A stretch of DNA of 64,000 bases from Acholeplasma sp. (GCA_036677365.1 JAVBWN010000012.1:96001-160000), one strand, 5' to 3'; positions 8,842 to 19,124 are shown, numbered from the stretch's first letter. Translations and numbers: made by a program. The notes: a model not told the origin generated them from the letters alone.

Positions 8842-10479
8842 ATGGCAAAAGCAGTAAAAAAACAGAAAGAAGCAACTTTGGAGCAGGTACTATGGAATTG
8901 CCGAGTCGCTCTTCGTGGTTTTGGTAGTTTTGAGAAGAATAGAGATTCTATTATTGGACTTGCTTTTTTGAAGTTTGCAAGTGACAAGTTTGATAAAAGA
9001 AGACAAGAGATTATTGCAGAACACGGAAATATTCCTGTATTTTTAGAAAAGGTGTCCTTTTATAATTCGCAAAATGTGTATTATTTAGAAGAACATTGCA
9101 GATGGAGTCATATTGTTAAAAATGCAGGTGCGAATGATATAGCGGTTATCTTGGATAAGGCTATGAAAGATATTGAAGACAAAAATCCACCTTTAAAAGG
9201 AACACTTCCACAAAATGTATATACTTCACTTGGTGCTGATAAAAATGCTATGAAATCTTTAATTGATGAGATCAATAAAATTAATGAAAAAAGATTCCAT
9301 GAAGAAGATTTAATTGGTAGAGTATATGAATACTTTCTTCAGAACTTTGCTGCATCTGCTAGCAAAGAAGATGGAGAATTTTATACACCTGCATGTGTGG
9401 TCCAGTTAATTGCTGAACTTATAGAGCCTTTTGATGGAATTGTTTATGATCCATGTTGCGGCTCTGGTGGCATGTTTGTACAATCAATGAAGTTTGTAGA
9501 TAATCATAAAGGAAATAGGAAAAAAGTCTCAATCGTTGGTCAAGAGAAAACTCCAGAAACATGGAGACTGGCTAAAATGAACTTAGCTATTAGGGGTATT
9601 GCACATAACCTAGGACAAAAGAATGCTTCAACATTTACTGAAGATCAGCATCAGGATTTGATAGCTCAATACATTATGGCTAATCCACCATTTAACCTTA
9701 AAAATTGGAGAGGTGAAGATGAGCTTTTGGATGATGCAAGATTTTATCAATACAAACCAGCTATACCTCCGAAATCAAACGCAAATTATGCATGGATTTT
9801 ACATATGCTCTCAAAACTTGATGTAGAAAAAGGAATTGCAGGGTTCTTGCTTGCAAATGGAGCACTAAATGCAGGTTCAAGTGGAGATGAAGATGATGAT
9901 GACAGTGGACAGGATCAATATCTTATCCGTAAAAAAATACTTGATAATGATAAAATTGAGGCCATAATTGTCCTACCAAGAGATATGTTCTATACTACTG
10001 ATATATCAGTTACATTATGGATTTTAAACAATAACAAAAAAGCAAGGACATTGAATGGCAGACAATTACGTAATCGAACTAATGAAGTTTTATTTATTGA
10101 TCTAAGAACATGGAATGAAAACATTGAAGAATATACAATAGATAAAGGAAAGAAAAAGAAAAAGACAATTTTATCGACAAAGCAAATTCAAAATGTTGTT
10201 AGAATTTATCGAGACTGGCAATCTGTTGATTGTGCTAATCCAAAAAAATACAACGTACCAGAACTTTATAGTTCCGTTTATTTAAGTCAAATTCAAGAAA
10301 AAAATTACAGTTTAATACCAAGTGAATATATCGAATTCATAGACCATGATTTAGAGATTGATTTTGAGCAAGAGATGAAAAGAATTCAAAAAGAAATGAA
10401 AGAGATTCTAGAACAAGAAAAGAAATCTCAAAAATTGCTTGAGGATGCATTTGAAGGTATAGGATATGGCATTAAATAA
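8842..10479 (+). CDS. hsdM: Type I R-M N6-adenine methyltransferase subunit M
   Basis: GEFYTP, YDPCCGSGG (motif I) and ANPPF (motif IV). Confidence 0.95.
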   Translation: MAKAVKKQKEATLEQVLWNCRVALRGFGSFEKNRDSIIGLAFLKFASDKFDKRRQEIIAEHGNIPVFLEKVSFYNSQNVYYLEEHCRWSHIVKNAGANDIAVILDKAMKDIEDKNPPLKGTLPQNVYTSLGADKNAMKSLIDEINKINEKRFHEEDLIGRVYEYFLQNFAASASKEDGEFYTPACVVQLIAELIEPFDGIVYDPCCGSGGMFVQSMKFVDNHKGNRKKVSIVGQEKTPETWRLAKMNLAIRGIAHNLGQKNASTFTEDQHQDLIAQYIMANPPFNLKNWRGEDELLDDARFYQYKPAIPPKSNANYAWILHMLSKLDVEKGIAGFLLANGALNAGSSGDEDDDDSGQDQYLIRKKILDNDKIEAIIVLPRDMFYTTDISVTLWILNNNKKARTLNGRQLRNRTNEVLFIDLRTWNENIEEYTIDKGKKKKKTILSTKQIQNVVRIYRDWQSVDCANPKKYNVPELYSSVYLSQIQEKNYSLIPSEYIEFIDHDLEIDFEQEMKRIQKEMKEILEQEKKSQKLLEDAFEGIGYGIK

Positions 10480-11587
10480 GTATAAATTAGGTGAATTAGT
10501 AGAAAAAACAGATGAAAGGAACACGAATTTAAGTTTTGGCATTGTCGATGTTAAGGGTATGACTATATCTAAAGAAATTATCTCTACTAAAGCTAATGTT
10601 GATCAAATAGATCTAAGTAAGTTTAAGATTGTTCATCCAAATGAATTTATTTATAACCCTAGAACCCATGGAAAGAAGATTGGTTTAGGATATAATGATA
10701 CAAAAAAATCGTTTATAATTAGCTGGAATAATATTGCCTTTAGAATAAAGGATGAAGCATCAAACAAGGTGCTTCCTAGTTATCTTTACATGCACTTCAT
10801 TCGTTTAGAATGGGACAGAGAAGCCACCTATAGATCATGGGGAAGTTCAACTGAAGTATTTTCATGGGATGCTTTATGTTCGATGGAGTATGAATTCCCA
10901 GAAATAAGTGTTCAGCAAAAATATGTTGATATATATAATGCTTTACTCAAAAATCAAATGGCCTATGAAGCAGGATTGGAAGATCTCAAGCTTGTTTGTG
11001 ATGCATGCATAGAAGACTTAAGAAAAAATATACCTTTAAGAACAATCGAACCATTTGTACATAGGATTGATGTGAGAAATGGTAGAGAAGGATCAAAAAA
11101 TGTCATGGGAGTTAGTACGACAAAAGAATTTCGTGAGCCTACTTCAAAAGTCAATAAAGAAAATCTTAACAATTATAAAGTAGTGAAACCAAGACAAATT
11201 TCCTTCGTTCAAACAACACACAACGAAAAGGTGTTTTGTAATGCCTTAAATAATACAAATGAACCTATAGTAGTAACTTCTGTAAACGAAGTAATCGAAT
11301 GCGACGAGAGATATTTATTACCAGAGTTTTTGGTTATGTTTTTTAATCGAACTGAATTCGATAGATATGCAAGATTTCATTCATGGGGATCAGCAAGAGA
11401 AACCTTTACATGGAATGACTTAGTTAGAGTTAAGATACCTATTCCTAGAATTAGTATTCAAGAATCTATAGTAAATATTTTCACAGCATATAGACTACGC
11501 AAACAAACTAATGAAAAATTCAAATTTTTAATCAGAAATATTTCCCCAATTTTAATTAAGGGATCAATAGAAGAAGCAAGATTATAG
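10466..11587 (+). CDS. hsdS: Type I R-M specificity subunit S
   Basis: Two-repeat TRD architecture, each ending in P-x-I-S-x-Q; lies between hsdM and hsdR. Confidence 0.9.
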   Translation: MALNKYKLGELVEKTDERNTNLSFGIVDVKGMTISKEIISTKANVDQIDLSKFKIVHPNEFIYNPRTHGKKIGLGYNDTKKSFIISWNNIAFRIKDEASNKVLPSYLYMHFIRLEWDREATYRSWGSSTEVFSWDALCSMEYEFPEISVQQKYVDIYNALLKNQMAYEAGLEDLKLVCDACIEDLRKNIPLRTIEPFVHRIDVRNGREGSKNVMGVSTTKEFREPTSKVNKENLNNYKVVKPRQISFVQTTHNEKVFCNALNNTNEPIVVTSVNEVIECDERYLLPEFLVMFFNRTEFDRYARFHSWGSARETFTWNDLVRVKIPIPRISIQESIVNIFTAYRLRKQTNEKFKFLIRNISPILIKGSIEEARL

Positions 11588-11598
11588 GAGGTATCCAA

Positions 11599-14500
11599 AT
11601 GGATTCTGTGCTTGAAAAAGGTAAATTTTCTGAAGATGAGCTAGAATATGCTTTTATAGAATTATTCGAGCAATTAGGTTATGAATATCTTCTTGGTGAA
11701 TCAATCCATAGACATTTTAAGGATGTCCTACTTTATAATGATCTTAAGACTTATTTAAAATGCAGATATACTGATATTACTGACAATGAGATTGAAAGAG
11801 CAATCAGTCTATTTGAAAATATTTCATCCTTCCCTTTGTACGATGGTAATCGTGCTACTTATAAGATGATAACTGAGGGGTATGATTTAGTCAGAGATGA
11901 CGTATCTAAAACTGCACTTCATATCGATTACATCGATTTTGATAAAGATCATAACAATAATATTTACAAGATTATAAATCAGTACACTGTTGAAGATTTA
12001 CATAATCGTAGACCTGACTTACTGGTTTTTATCAATGGTATTCCTATTGTTATTTTTGAGTTCAAAACTGCTATTGAAGAGGACAAAACTATTCATGATG
12101 CATGGAAGCAAATACATGTAAGATATTCAAGAGATATCCCTAACTTATTGAAATATTGTACAATTTCAATCATTAGCGATGGTGCAAACACAAAACTTGG
12201 TACTATTTTTACACCTTATCAGTTTTACTATTCTTGGAACAAAATAAATGAAGAAGATAAGGTTTCAAATGGGATAAACTCTTTATATACTCTAATGCAT
12301 GGTGTTTTTGCTAAAGATCGATTATTATCGATTTTAAGAGATTTTATTTTCTTTCCTGATGACAGTAAAAAAGAAGAAGCGATTATTTGTAGATATCCTC
12401 AATATTTTGCATCCATGAAAATGCTTAAAAGCATAAAAATGCATAAAAAACCTGAAGGCGATGGCAAAGGTGGTATTTATTTTGGAGCAACAGGCAGTGG
12501 GAAAACTTATTCAATGTTATTTCTTACTCGTCAATTGATGCTGAGAGAAAAAAATGTCTTTCAAAACCCTACTATCATATTAATTACTGATAGAGAGGAT
12601 CTAGACTCACAAGCATCAAAATTATTTGTCACTGCAAAAAAATATTTTCATGATAATAATGTTAGAAGCATTGAAAGTCGACAGGATTTACAGGATACAT
12701 TAACCAGTCAAGAAAGTGGTGGTGTATATATAACAACAATTCAGAAATTCTGCGAGAGTACAGGGCTCCTTTCGAATAGAAGCAATATAATATGCATATC
12801 AGATGAAGTTCATAGATCAAATACAGGTGTAGGAGCTAAACTTAAGAAAACTGAGAACGGTATATACACTTCGTATGGATATGCGCATTATTTACGAGAA
12901 AGTCTTCCAAATGCCGTTTACTGTGGGTTTACAGGAACACCTATAGATGAAGCAATAACAGTATTTGGGAAAGTTGTTGATAGTTATACGATGAAAGAAT
13001 CTAGTGATGATGGTATTACAGTACGAATTGCATATGAGCCAAGACTTGCTAGAGTTCTTCTATCTGATAAAGATGCAAAAGATATTGAAAAATACTATAA
13101 AGAATGTGCAGAACAAGGGTCGAATCCTGAGCAAATTGAAGAAAGCAAGAGAGCCATGAGCAGGATGACGACAATTCTAGGACATCCTGATAGAATAAAG
13201 AAATTAGCAAAAGATATTGTTGTACATTATGAATCAATATGTAACGAAAAACCAGAAATTGTTCAAAAAGCAATGATTGTATGCTCTGATAGAACAATAG
13301 CTTTAAAGGTCTATAAAGAAATCACTTCAATTAGACATGATTGGCTTATTGCTAAAAAAACTGAAAATCCAAGTAGATATACGAGTGAAGAACTTGAAAT
13401 GCTAGTTGAAGTCCCTAAAATCAATCTCGTGGCTACACGTGGCGATAATGATGAAAAAGAATTATACGACTTGTGCGGCACCAAAGATTATCACAAGTTT
13501 CTTGATGATCAATTCAAAAATACTGATTCGAATTTCAAAATTGCAATTGTTGTAGATATGTGGATTACTGGTTTTGATGTACCTTCTTTAGCGGTGATGT
13601 ATATAGATAAGCCACTTCAAAAACATACATTGATTCAAACTATTTCACGTGTAAATCGTGTTTTTGAAGGAAAAGACAAAGGGTTAATTGTTGATTACAT
13701 TGGAATAAAAGATGAAATGATGGAAGCCATCAAAATATATGGTGGCCCACAAGAAAGCCCTATAGATGAGATTAATATATCAGTTGGTATTTTTAGAAAC
13801 CATCTTAAAATCATTGACGACATTATGATTAACTTCAATGCTACCGATTTTTATGCGGGCAGTCCATTAAAAAGGTTACATTGTCTTAATCGAGCAGCTG
13901 AATTTGTACAAACATCAAAAGAGATTGAAACAAGATTTATGGGGCTTACACGAAAACTTAAAGCGGCATATAACATAATATCCCCATCGGGAGAAGTAAC
14001 CGATCAAGAAATAACCAGAGCGCAGTTCTATTTAGCAATTAGATCAATAATTTATAAACAAACAATAGGAAATGCTCCAGATGCAGAAATCATGAACCAG
14101 ATTGTTGAAGAGATGGTTAAAAATGCTATTTCAGTGACTGGTATTGAAAATATTACTGATGAGAACAAGTCTATAGACTTATTTAGTGAGGTATTTTTAA
14201 AGCAGATAAATTCACTTAAGATGCCTATTACTAAGTTTAACGCTTTAATGAAGTTGTTAAAGCGAGCCATATCTAATTATGGGAAGGTAAACAAGGTAAA
14301 ATCTCTCGAATTTGATGAAAGATTGAGGAGAGTTGTTGAGGCGTATAACACTAGAGACAAATTAGTCTTTACTAGTGAAGTCGTCGCTGATTTTGTGAAT
14401 GATTTATCGAACGAACTTATCAAAATATTCCAAGATTTAAATGAAGATAAGACATCATTCGAGAAAATGGGTATAAGCTATGAAGAAAAAGCATTCTACG

Positions 14501-14760
14501 ATATATTGGTGAAAGTTAGAGATGTACATCAGTTTGTTTTTGAAGATGAAAAATGTATTAATCTTGCAAAGAAGATTAAAGAATTAGTTGATGATAAACT
14601 TCAATATGCTGACTTTTTTAATCGGGCTGACATTAAGAACCAACTCAATATGGATTTAACTATTATCTTGTATAAAAATGGATATCCACCTGAGTGGGAT
14701 GAAGAAGTTTTTGAAAAAGTTATGCAACAAGCAGAGAATTTTAAAAAGTATATAGTTTAA
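11599..14760 (+). CDS. hsdR: Type I restriction endonuclease subunit R
   Basis: RRPD...IFEFK nuclease motif, ATGSGKT, DEVH, GFTGTP, MWITGFD, QTISRVNR. Confidence 0.95.
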   Translation: MDSVLEKGKFSEDELEYAFIELFEQLGYEYLLGESIHRHFKDVLLYNDLKTYLKCRYTDITDNEIERAISLFENISSFPLYDGNRATYKMITEGYDLVRDDVSKTALHIDYIDFDKDHNNNIYKIINQYTVEDLHNRRPDLLVFINGIPIVIFEFKTAIEEDKTIHDAWKQIHVRYSRDIPNLLKYCTISIISDGANTKLGTIFTPYQFYYSWNKINEEDKVSNGINSLYTLMHGVFAKDRLLSILRDFIFFPDDSKKEEAIICRYPQYFASMKMLKSIKMHKKPEGDGKGGIYFGATGSGKTYSMLFLTRQLMLREKNVFQNPTIILITDREDLDSQASKLFVTAKKYFHDNNVRSIESRQDLQDTLTSQESGGVYITTIQKFCESTGLLSNRSNIICISDEVHRSNTGVGAKLKKTENGIYTSYGYAHYLRESLPNAVYCGFTGTPIDEAITVFGKVVDSYTMKESSDDGITVRIAYEPRLARVLLSDKDAKDIEKYYKECAEQGSNPEQIEESKRAMSRMTTILGHPDRIKKLAKDIVVHYESICNEKPEIVQKAMIVCSDRTIALKVYKEITSIRHDWLIAKKTENPSRYTSEELEMLVEVPKINLVATRGDNDEKELYDLCGTKDYHKFLDDQFKNTDSNFKIAIVVDMWITGFDVPSLAVMYIDKPLQKHTLIQTISRVNRVFEGKDKGLIVDYIGIKDEMMEAIKIYGGPQESPIDEINISVGIFRNHLKIIDDIMINFNATDFYAGSPLKRLHCLNRAAEFVQTSKEIETRFMGLTRKLKAAYNIISPSGEVTDQEITRAQFYLAIRSIIYKQTIGNAPDAEIMNQIVEEMVKNAISVTGIENITDENKSIDLFSEVFLKQINSLKMPITKFNALMKLLKRAISNYGKVNKVKSLEFDERLRRVVEAYNTRDKLVFTSEVVADFVNDLSNELIKIFQDLNEDKTSFEKMGISYEEKAFYDILVKVRDVHQFVFEDEKCINLAKKIKELVDDKLQYADFFNRADIKNQLNMDLTIILYKNGYPPEWDEEVFEKVMQQAENFKKYIV

Positions 14761-14769
14761 AAAGAATGC

Positions 14770-14800
14770 GCGACTGGACATTATGTTTAGTCGCTTTTTT
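14770..14800 (+). terminator. Rho-independent terminator after hsdR
   Basis: GCGACTGGACA-tta-TGTTTAGTCGC followed by T-run. Confidence 0.75.
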
Positions 14801-14963
14801 GTATAATTTTACTAAATACCCGAACTTTTACCCTTTTTTTGCGGACTTAGATTTGTAGGAGAATAAATTCTTTTCAATGCTACCGGCAAAACAAACTATA
14901 TCTTGCCATTTAAATATAGAAGGGAATGGAACAACTTACAAATTAAGGAAAGAGGTATTTACA

Positions 14964-16046
14964 ATGGATAAGAATAAAAAGAGTTCTATTGAGTGGGAAG
15001 ATGATGAAGACGATGGTCTACCAAGAATAGTTTCGGTTGCAGAATTTTTGGATAATCCATCTAAACTGCCTGAAGAAGTTATTGAAAGCGTTGTGCGTCA
15101 AGGACACAAAATGATGATCTCAGGTGCTTCAAAGTCTGGTAAAAGTTTTTTATTGATTGAATTGGCTATTGCACTAGCAGAGGGAACAAAGTGGCTTGGG
15201 TTTCAATGTAGAAAATCTAAGGTAATGTACATTAACTTGGAGATCGATCGCAATAGTCTTATTCATCGGTTTATTGACATCTATCAAGCGTTAGGTATCA
15301 AACCGAAGAACGCACATTGTATTTCCATTTGGAATTTAAGGGGATCCTCCAAACCACTCGATGACTTAATACCAGAACTTATCCAAAAAACAACTCTCAC
15401 AGGTGCTGATGTGGTTATTTTAGATCCTATCTTCAAAGTGATGATGGGTGATGAGAACAATGCAACCGATATGGCCAATTTAACCAATCTCTTTGACAAG
15501 ATTTGTTATGAGACTGGATGTACATTTGTCTATAGTCATCACCACTCCAAAGGAGCTCAAGGTTTCAAAAAATCAATGGATCGTGCATCTGGATCTGGTG
15601 TTTTTGCTAGAGATGCTGATGCCCAGGTGGATATGATTCAACTCAATCTTGTTGAAGTTTCATCACGTCATAACCCAGAAGAATCATCAGCGACTGCTTG
15701 GCGACTAGAAAGTAGTCTAAGAGAATTTCGAAGCTTTAACCCCGTTAACATATGGTTTGATTATCCAATACATAGAGTGGATGAAGCGGGAAAACTTAAG
15801 AAGAATTATGCTGATGGAGATCCGAGAGCTAACCTTACCAGAAGTTATAAACGAAATCAGACGACTGATTCGCGTAAAGAGGAATTTGATAAAGCATTTG
15901 ATACCAATAAGAGGAAAGATGGAACCTGTTTTGCCTTTGTACTTGCAGAGTATTTAGGGATTGCTGAAAGAACTTTTAGAGATCGAGTCATAGAATTCAG
16001 TGATGATTATGTCAATAAAAAAGGTATCGTATCACGTAAAAAGTGA
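14964..16046 (+). CDS. RepA-like / AAA_25 RecA-fold replicative helicase of mobile-element origin
   Basis: GASKSGKS Walker A, YINLE, ILDP Walker B, HHHSKG, RASGSGVFARD, likely C-terminal HTH. Start at ATG 14964 after AAGGAAAGAGG. Confidence 0.85.
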   Translation: MDKNKKSSIEWEDDEDDGLPRIVSVAEFLDNPSKLPEEVIESVVRQGHKMMISGASKSGKSFLLIELAIALAEGTKWLGFQCRKSKVMYINLEIDRNSLIHRFIDIYQALGIKPKNAHCISIWNLRGSSKPLDDLIPELIQKTTLTGADVVILDPIFKVMMGDENNATDMANLTNLFDKICYETGCTFVYSHHHSKGAQGFKKSMDRASGSGVFARDADAQVDMIQLNLVEVSSRHNPEESSATAWRLESSLREFRSFNPVNIWFDYPIHRVDEAGKLKKNYADGDPRANLTRSYKRNQTTDSRKEEFDKAFDTNKRKDGTCFAFVLAEYLGIAERTFRDRVIEFSDDYVNKKGIVSRKK

Positions 16047-16127
16047 AGTTGGAAGATAGGGAGAAATGAAATTTCGTCACGATTTCCTGAATTTGGCAGA
16101 AAGGATAAAAACACCTATCTTCCAACT
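16047..16127. repeat. 14-bp perfect inverted repeat AGTTGGAAGATAGG / CCTATCTTCCAACT
   Basis: Arms at 16047-16060 and 16114-16127, immediately after the helicase stop. Confidence 0.85.
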
Positions 16128-16176
16128 ACCAAAAAAACTGGCGGATAGGCCTTATATAGTTGGATGTAACCAACAC

Positions 16177-16320
16177 GCTAACGCATGTTTGTAGGATAGG
16201 GCTTGAAAGCCTGCCCTATCCCAAACAATGCATTATCGTTAGCACTCACCTTTCTTCCAAAGAAAAAACCAGAAAAAGTAAAAAACTGGTTAGCAATTAC
16301 AATTATTTCTGTGAGTTTCA
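16177..16320 (+). repeat. Structured intergenic element, copy A (long hairpin 16177-16243 plus conserved tail)
   Basis: GCTAACG..GTTTGTAGGATAGGGC / GCCCTATCCCAAAC..CGTTAGC; aligns by eye with about 17763-17903. Confidence 0.75.
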
Positions 16321-16422
16321 TTAAATAGAGTTATGATAATCATCCCAAGCTAATAAATCCAAAATAACCTAATTAAAGTAATCATTGTTTGATATAATGT
16401 TTATAAAAGTGGGTGGTAGAGT

Positions 16423-16953
16423 ATGATAAAATTTCTAGATTATGTTGGAGATAAGGAGCAATTTGAAACGAAACTTATAAACTCTTGTAAAGATGGACTA
16501 AAGGCGAAAACGAAATTGATATATATTAAAAAACCTATAATAGAAGACAATAAATATGTCCTAAATTGCGAACAAAGTGAAATTATTGTCAATGATGAAT
16601 GTTCAATCAGTGGTAAGAGTAATGGCTATGTTTATGCAATATTTGATAAAGATGAGAAATTTTTATATATTGGAAGTACTCAAAAATTAAAAGAACGACT
16701 AAAACAACATTTGATTGCAAATCCAAGCTTTCATGTTGATAAGGAAAAAGCTAAAACATCAAGTAAAACTCATTCAAAGATTAATAAAGTTTTCGAACAT
16801 TTAAAAAATCTCTCTCTCAAGGAAAACAGAGTTCTCATGTATGGATACTTTAAAGTTGAACCGTGGTATTATTACACAGCAATTGAAAGTCTCCTAATTG
16901 AGAAAGTTCCTACAGCCTGGAACGATAGGGGAACCCCCCCAACTGGAGAATAG
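16423..16953 (+). CDS. GIY-YIG nuclease family protein
   Basis: GYVY-x10-YIGST, ERLKQH, downstream E and WN. Confidence 0.8.
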   Translation: MIKFLDYVGDKEQFETKLINSCKDGLKAKTKLIYIKKPIIEDNKYVLNCEQSEIIVNDECSISGKSNGYVYAIFDKDEKFLYIGSTQKLKERLKQHLIANPSFHVDKEKAKTSSKTHSKINKVFEHLKNLSLKENRVLMYGYFKVEPWYYYTAIESLLIEKVPTAWNDRGTPPTGE

Positions 16954-17102
16954 TTATGTATGTGGGTACCGACCGACGTCTATTTCATTTATTAGATAAT
17001 TTTTTGAGAAAATCTGGATATTTGAACTGGTAACATAAAAGTAGACATCACCAGAATTATAAAAAGATATTAATGATTTGTAATGTATTCAAAGAGGTTG
17101 CT

Positions 17103-17404
17103 ATGAAATACGCTAATGTACAACGAATAGACCTGTAAAAAAAATCTATCCATGAGTGATCAATGTCGTAGAAACACCTGAGCAGTATGATATCAATAAT
17201 TTACCTTTGGTAAACGTCGATAGTGAAATACAAAATAGCAGTATTAAATCGAAGCATGCTACCCTAGATGAACTCGGGAGATTATCAAAACAACAGTTAA
17301 TCATGGAGGTCATTAAAGCAAGTATTGAGGCTGAAAGAGAAAAAAGGCATCGCAATAACAAAAACTTAGAAGTTAAAAATACGGGAGGATATAAATATGA
17401 TTAA
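17103..17404 (+). pseudogene. Degraded small HTH protein resembling IS3/IS150-type OrfA
   Basis: AGAGG RBS and ATG 17103 (MKYANVQRIDL), then a stop and frameshift in an A8 run, continuing as ...LSKQQLIMEVIKASIEAEREK. Resemblance is from memory. Confidence 0.35.
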
Positions 17405-17717
17405 AAACAATAAACCATTTACAAATGAAAATGGTTGGGAAGATAGCGAACTAATCAGTGACCTATCATTAGAAAAGCAAGAGATTGTTTTGAACTGGAT
17501 AAAAAGTGGATTTATTCCAAGAAAAACAGAGAATCGCTCTCACTCAAGTTATGGTTTGAAACATTATCTGCAAGATGAAACAGGTATTTATCTTACGAAC
17601 AATCAATTTAAAGATGCTATGATGATTTGTGGATTCTATACTAAAGATCCTAACAAACTCAATTGGCACTATGGTATCAGTGAGAAATCACCAGTTTTTT
17701 TGAGAAATAAAAATTAA
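17397..17717 (+). CDS. Hypothetical mobile-element protein (SYGLKH motif, possible winged helix)
   Basis: GGGAGG RBS; SSYGLKH...YLTNNQFKDAM...GF. Confidence 0.7.
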   Translation: MIKNNKPFTNENGWEDSELISDLSLEKQEIVLNWIKSGFIPRKTENRSHSSYGLKHYLQDETGIYLTNNQFKDAMMICGFYTKDPNKLNWHYGISEKSPVFLRNKN

Positions 17718-17762
17718 AAACACACTGTTATAAAAGCCGTATACATAATTGTTATCAGCAAA

Positions 17763-17903
17763 CACAGACGAATTATTGTAGATTTGGGCTGATAACCTTT
17801 CCTTATCACATACACATGCATCAACGTCAGCACTACCTTTCTTCACAAAAAATTCAAAAAAGTAAAAACCGGGTTGCAATTACCATTAATTTAGTTCGTT
17901 TCA
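17763..17903 (+). repeat. Structured intergenic element, degenerate copy B
   Basis: CATGCATCAACGTCAGCACTACCTTTCTTC...AAAAAGTAAAAACCGGGTTGCAATTACC matches copy A AATGCATTATCGTTAGCACTCACCTTTCTTC...AAAAAGTAAAAAACTGGTTAGCAATTACA. Confidence 0.75.
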
Positions 17904-17970
17904 AATTCTTAAACACCAATCATTAAGTATCGATCATTTGGTATAATTGAATCAAGTGAGGTGGCAAAAT

Positions 17971-18387
17971 GCACATTTGGTTAAAAGAAGAAAAAATCTA
18001 TTAGTACTGATGCATGACCTCTCTCAATTTACACTAGTTTTCTATGGAGTTAAGTAAAGCTACTTAAAAGAGTTTGATCAAATGATTAGTGTTGCAATGG
18101 CAAATAGTATGATGGATGTTGGATTCATACCTGAAAAAATCAGTGCATATCTTAATCATCAACTAGAAGCAATGACATTTAGTAAAACAAAAAGTAGAAC
18201 CTTGGTAACCAAATTAAATAAGGCTGTTTAAATGAAAGATCATGTATTAAGCACTGATGATTTTCATGAAGATGCTATTGAACAACGCCATGCAAGTTTA
18301 TTTAACAATCAGCTGCTCGTTTGCGAAGACAAGAATAAAATTTGTTATTATCCAAAAGAAAAACTGCGAGAATATATCGAAATTTAA
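17971..18387 (+). pseudogene. Pseudogene, DUF6933-like, 5'-deleted with two in-frame stops
   Basis: One frame reads AHLVKRRKNLLVLMHDLSQFTLVFYGVK*...TFSKTKSRTLVTKLNKAV*...YYPKEKLREYIEI*. Confidence 0.55.
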
Positions 18388-18534
18388 GATGTTGTAGACA
18401 CTAAAATGTCACCAACATCTTTTTTCCTCTTTCGAAAAGTTCAAATTCGTTTTAAGACTAGGTTTTTATTTAACGATTTTCATGTTACTATTAAAGTGGA
18501 TTAAACAATATAATAGGACTTGAGGACAATTCAA

Positions 18535-18630
18535 ATGAAAGAACTAACATCGCTTGCTGAAATATTTAATCAAAAGATTTTACGCATTCCAGATTATCAA
18601 AGGGGATATGCCTGGCAAGATGATCAGCTC
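18535..18630 (+). pseudogene. 5' fragment of a DUF262 (GmrSD-like) gene
   Basis: GAGG RBS; MKELTSLAEIFNQKILRIPDYQRGYAWQDDQL has the IPxYQRxYxW signature; similarity ends abruptly. Confidence 0.75.
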
Positions 18631-18827
18631 AAGTATTTGGAGATGCCGTTATCCATGGAAATGCTAGAATCAAAGGTACCATGAAAGCGAGTAAACCAGT
18701 CACTGTAATTGATAATAGCGATGTAATCATGACTATGGCTGATAACAAAATCCATATCTATCAGAGTACAGTATACACTGAAGAAGAACTTCCAGATAAA
18801 TATAGAGGTGTTTTGGGTTTTAAATAA
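18627..18827 (+). pseudogene. 3' fragment of a hexapeptide-repeat-like gene fused out of frame to the DUF262 stub
   Basis: AQVFGDAVIHGNARIKG...GVLGFK*. Confidence 0.45.
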
Positions 18828-18904
18828 ATCCTGTCATAATATACGATTGTAGACATAAATAATATATTAGATATATAACAATATTATGCTTTGTATAAAT
18901 CACT

Positions 18905-18948
18905 AACAGATAAGTAGATTCATTAGTCACTTCTTATCTGTTTTTTTT
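18905..18948 (+). terminator. Rho-independent terminator
   Basis: AACAGATAAG...CTTATCTGTT plus T-run. Confidence 0.6.
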
Positions 18949-19124
18949 GATCTCTAAAGTGATGTCTTATTTAAATAAATTCATTTAGTGTTATTAAAAA
19001 ACGCTTCCACATGGTAAAATTTAATTATAAGTGGGGACGAAATAAGATAAAAATCATTCATAGTTCTTGAGACTGTATTTTATGGCTTGGGATATGTGAT
19101 TTTTGATAAGGAGAGTACAATTGA

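Noticed and set aside
16239..16265. TTAGCACTC as a CIRCE element
   Set aside because: Only the left half-site is present; no GAGTGCTAA 9 bp downstream.
17688..17879. 63-aa minus-strand ORF
   Set aside because: Coincides with non-coding repeat copy B; most likely spurious.
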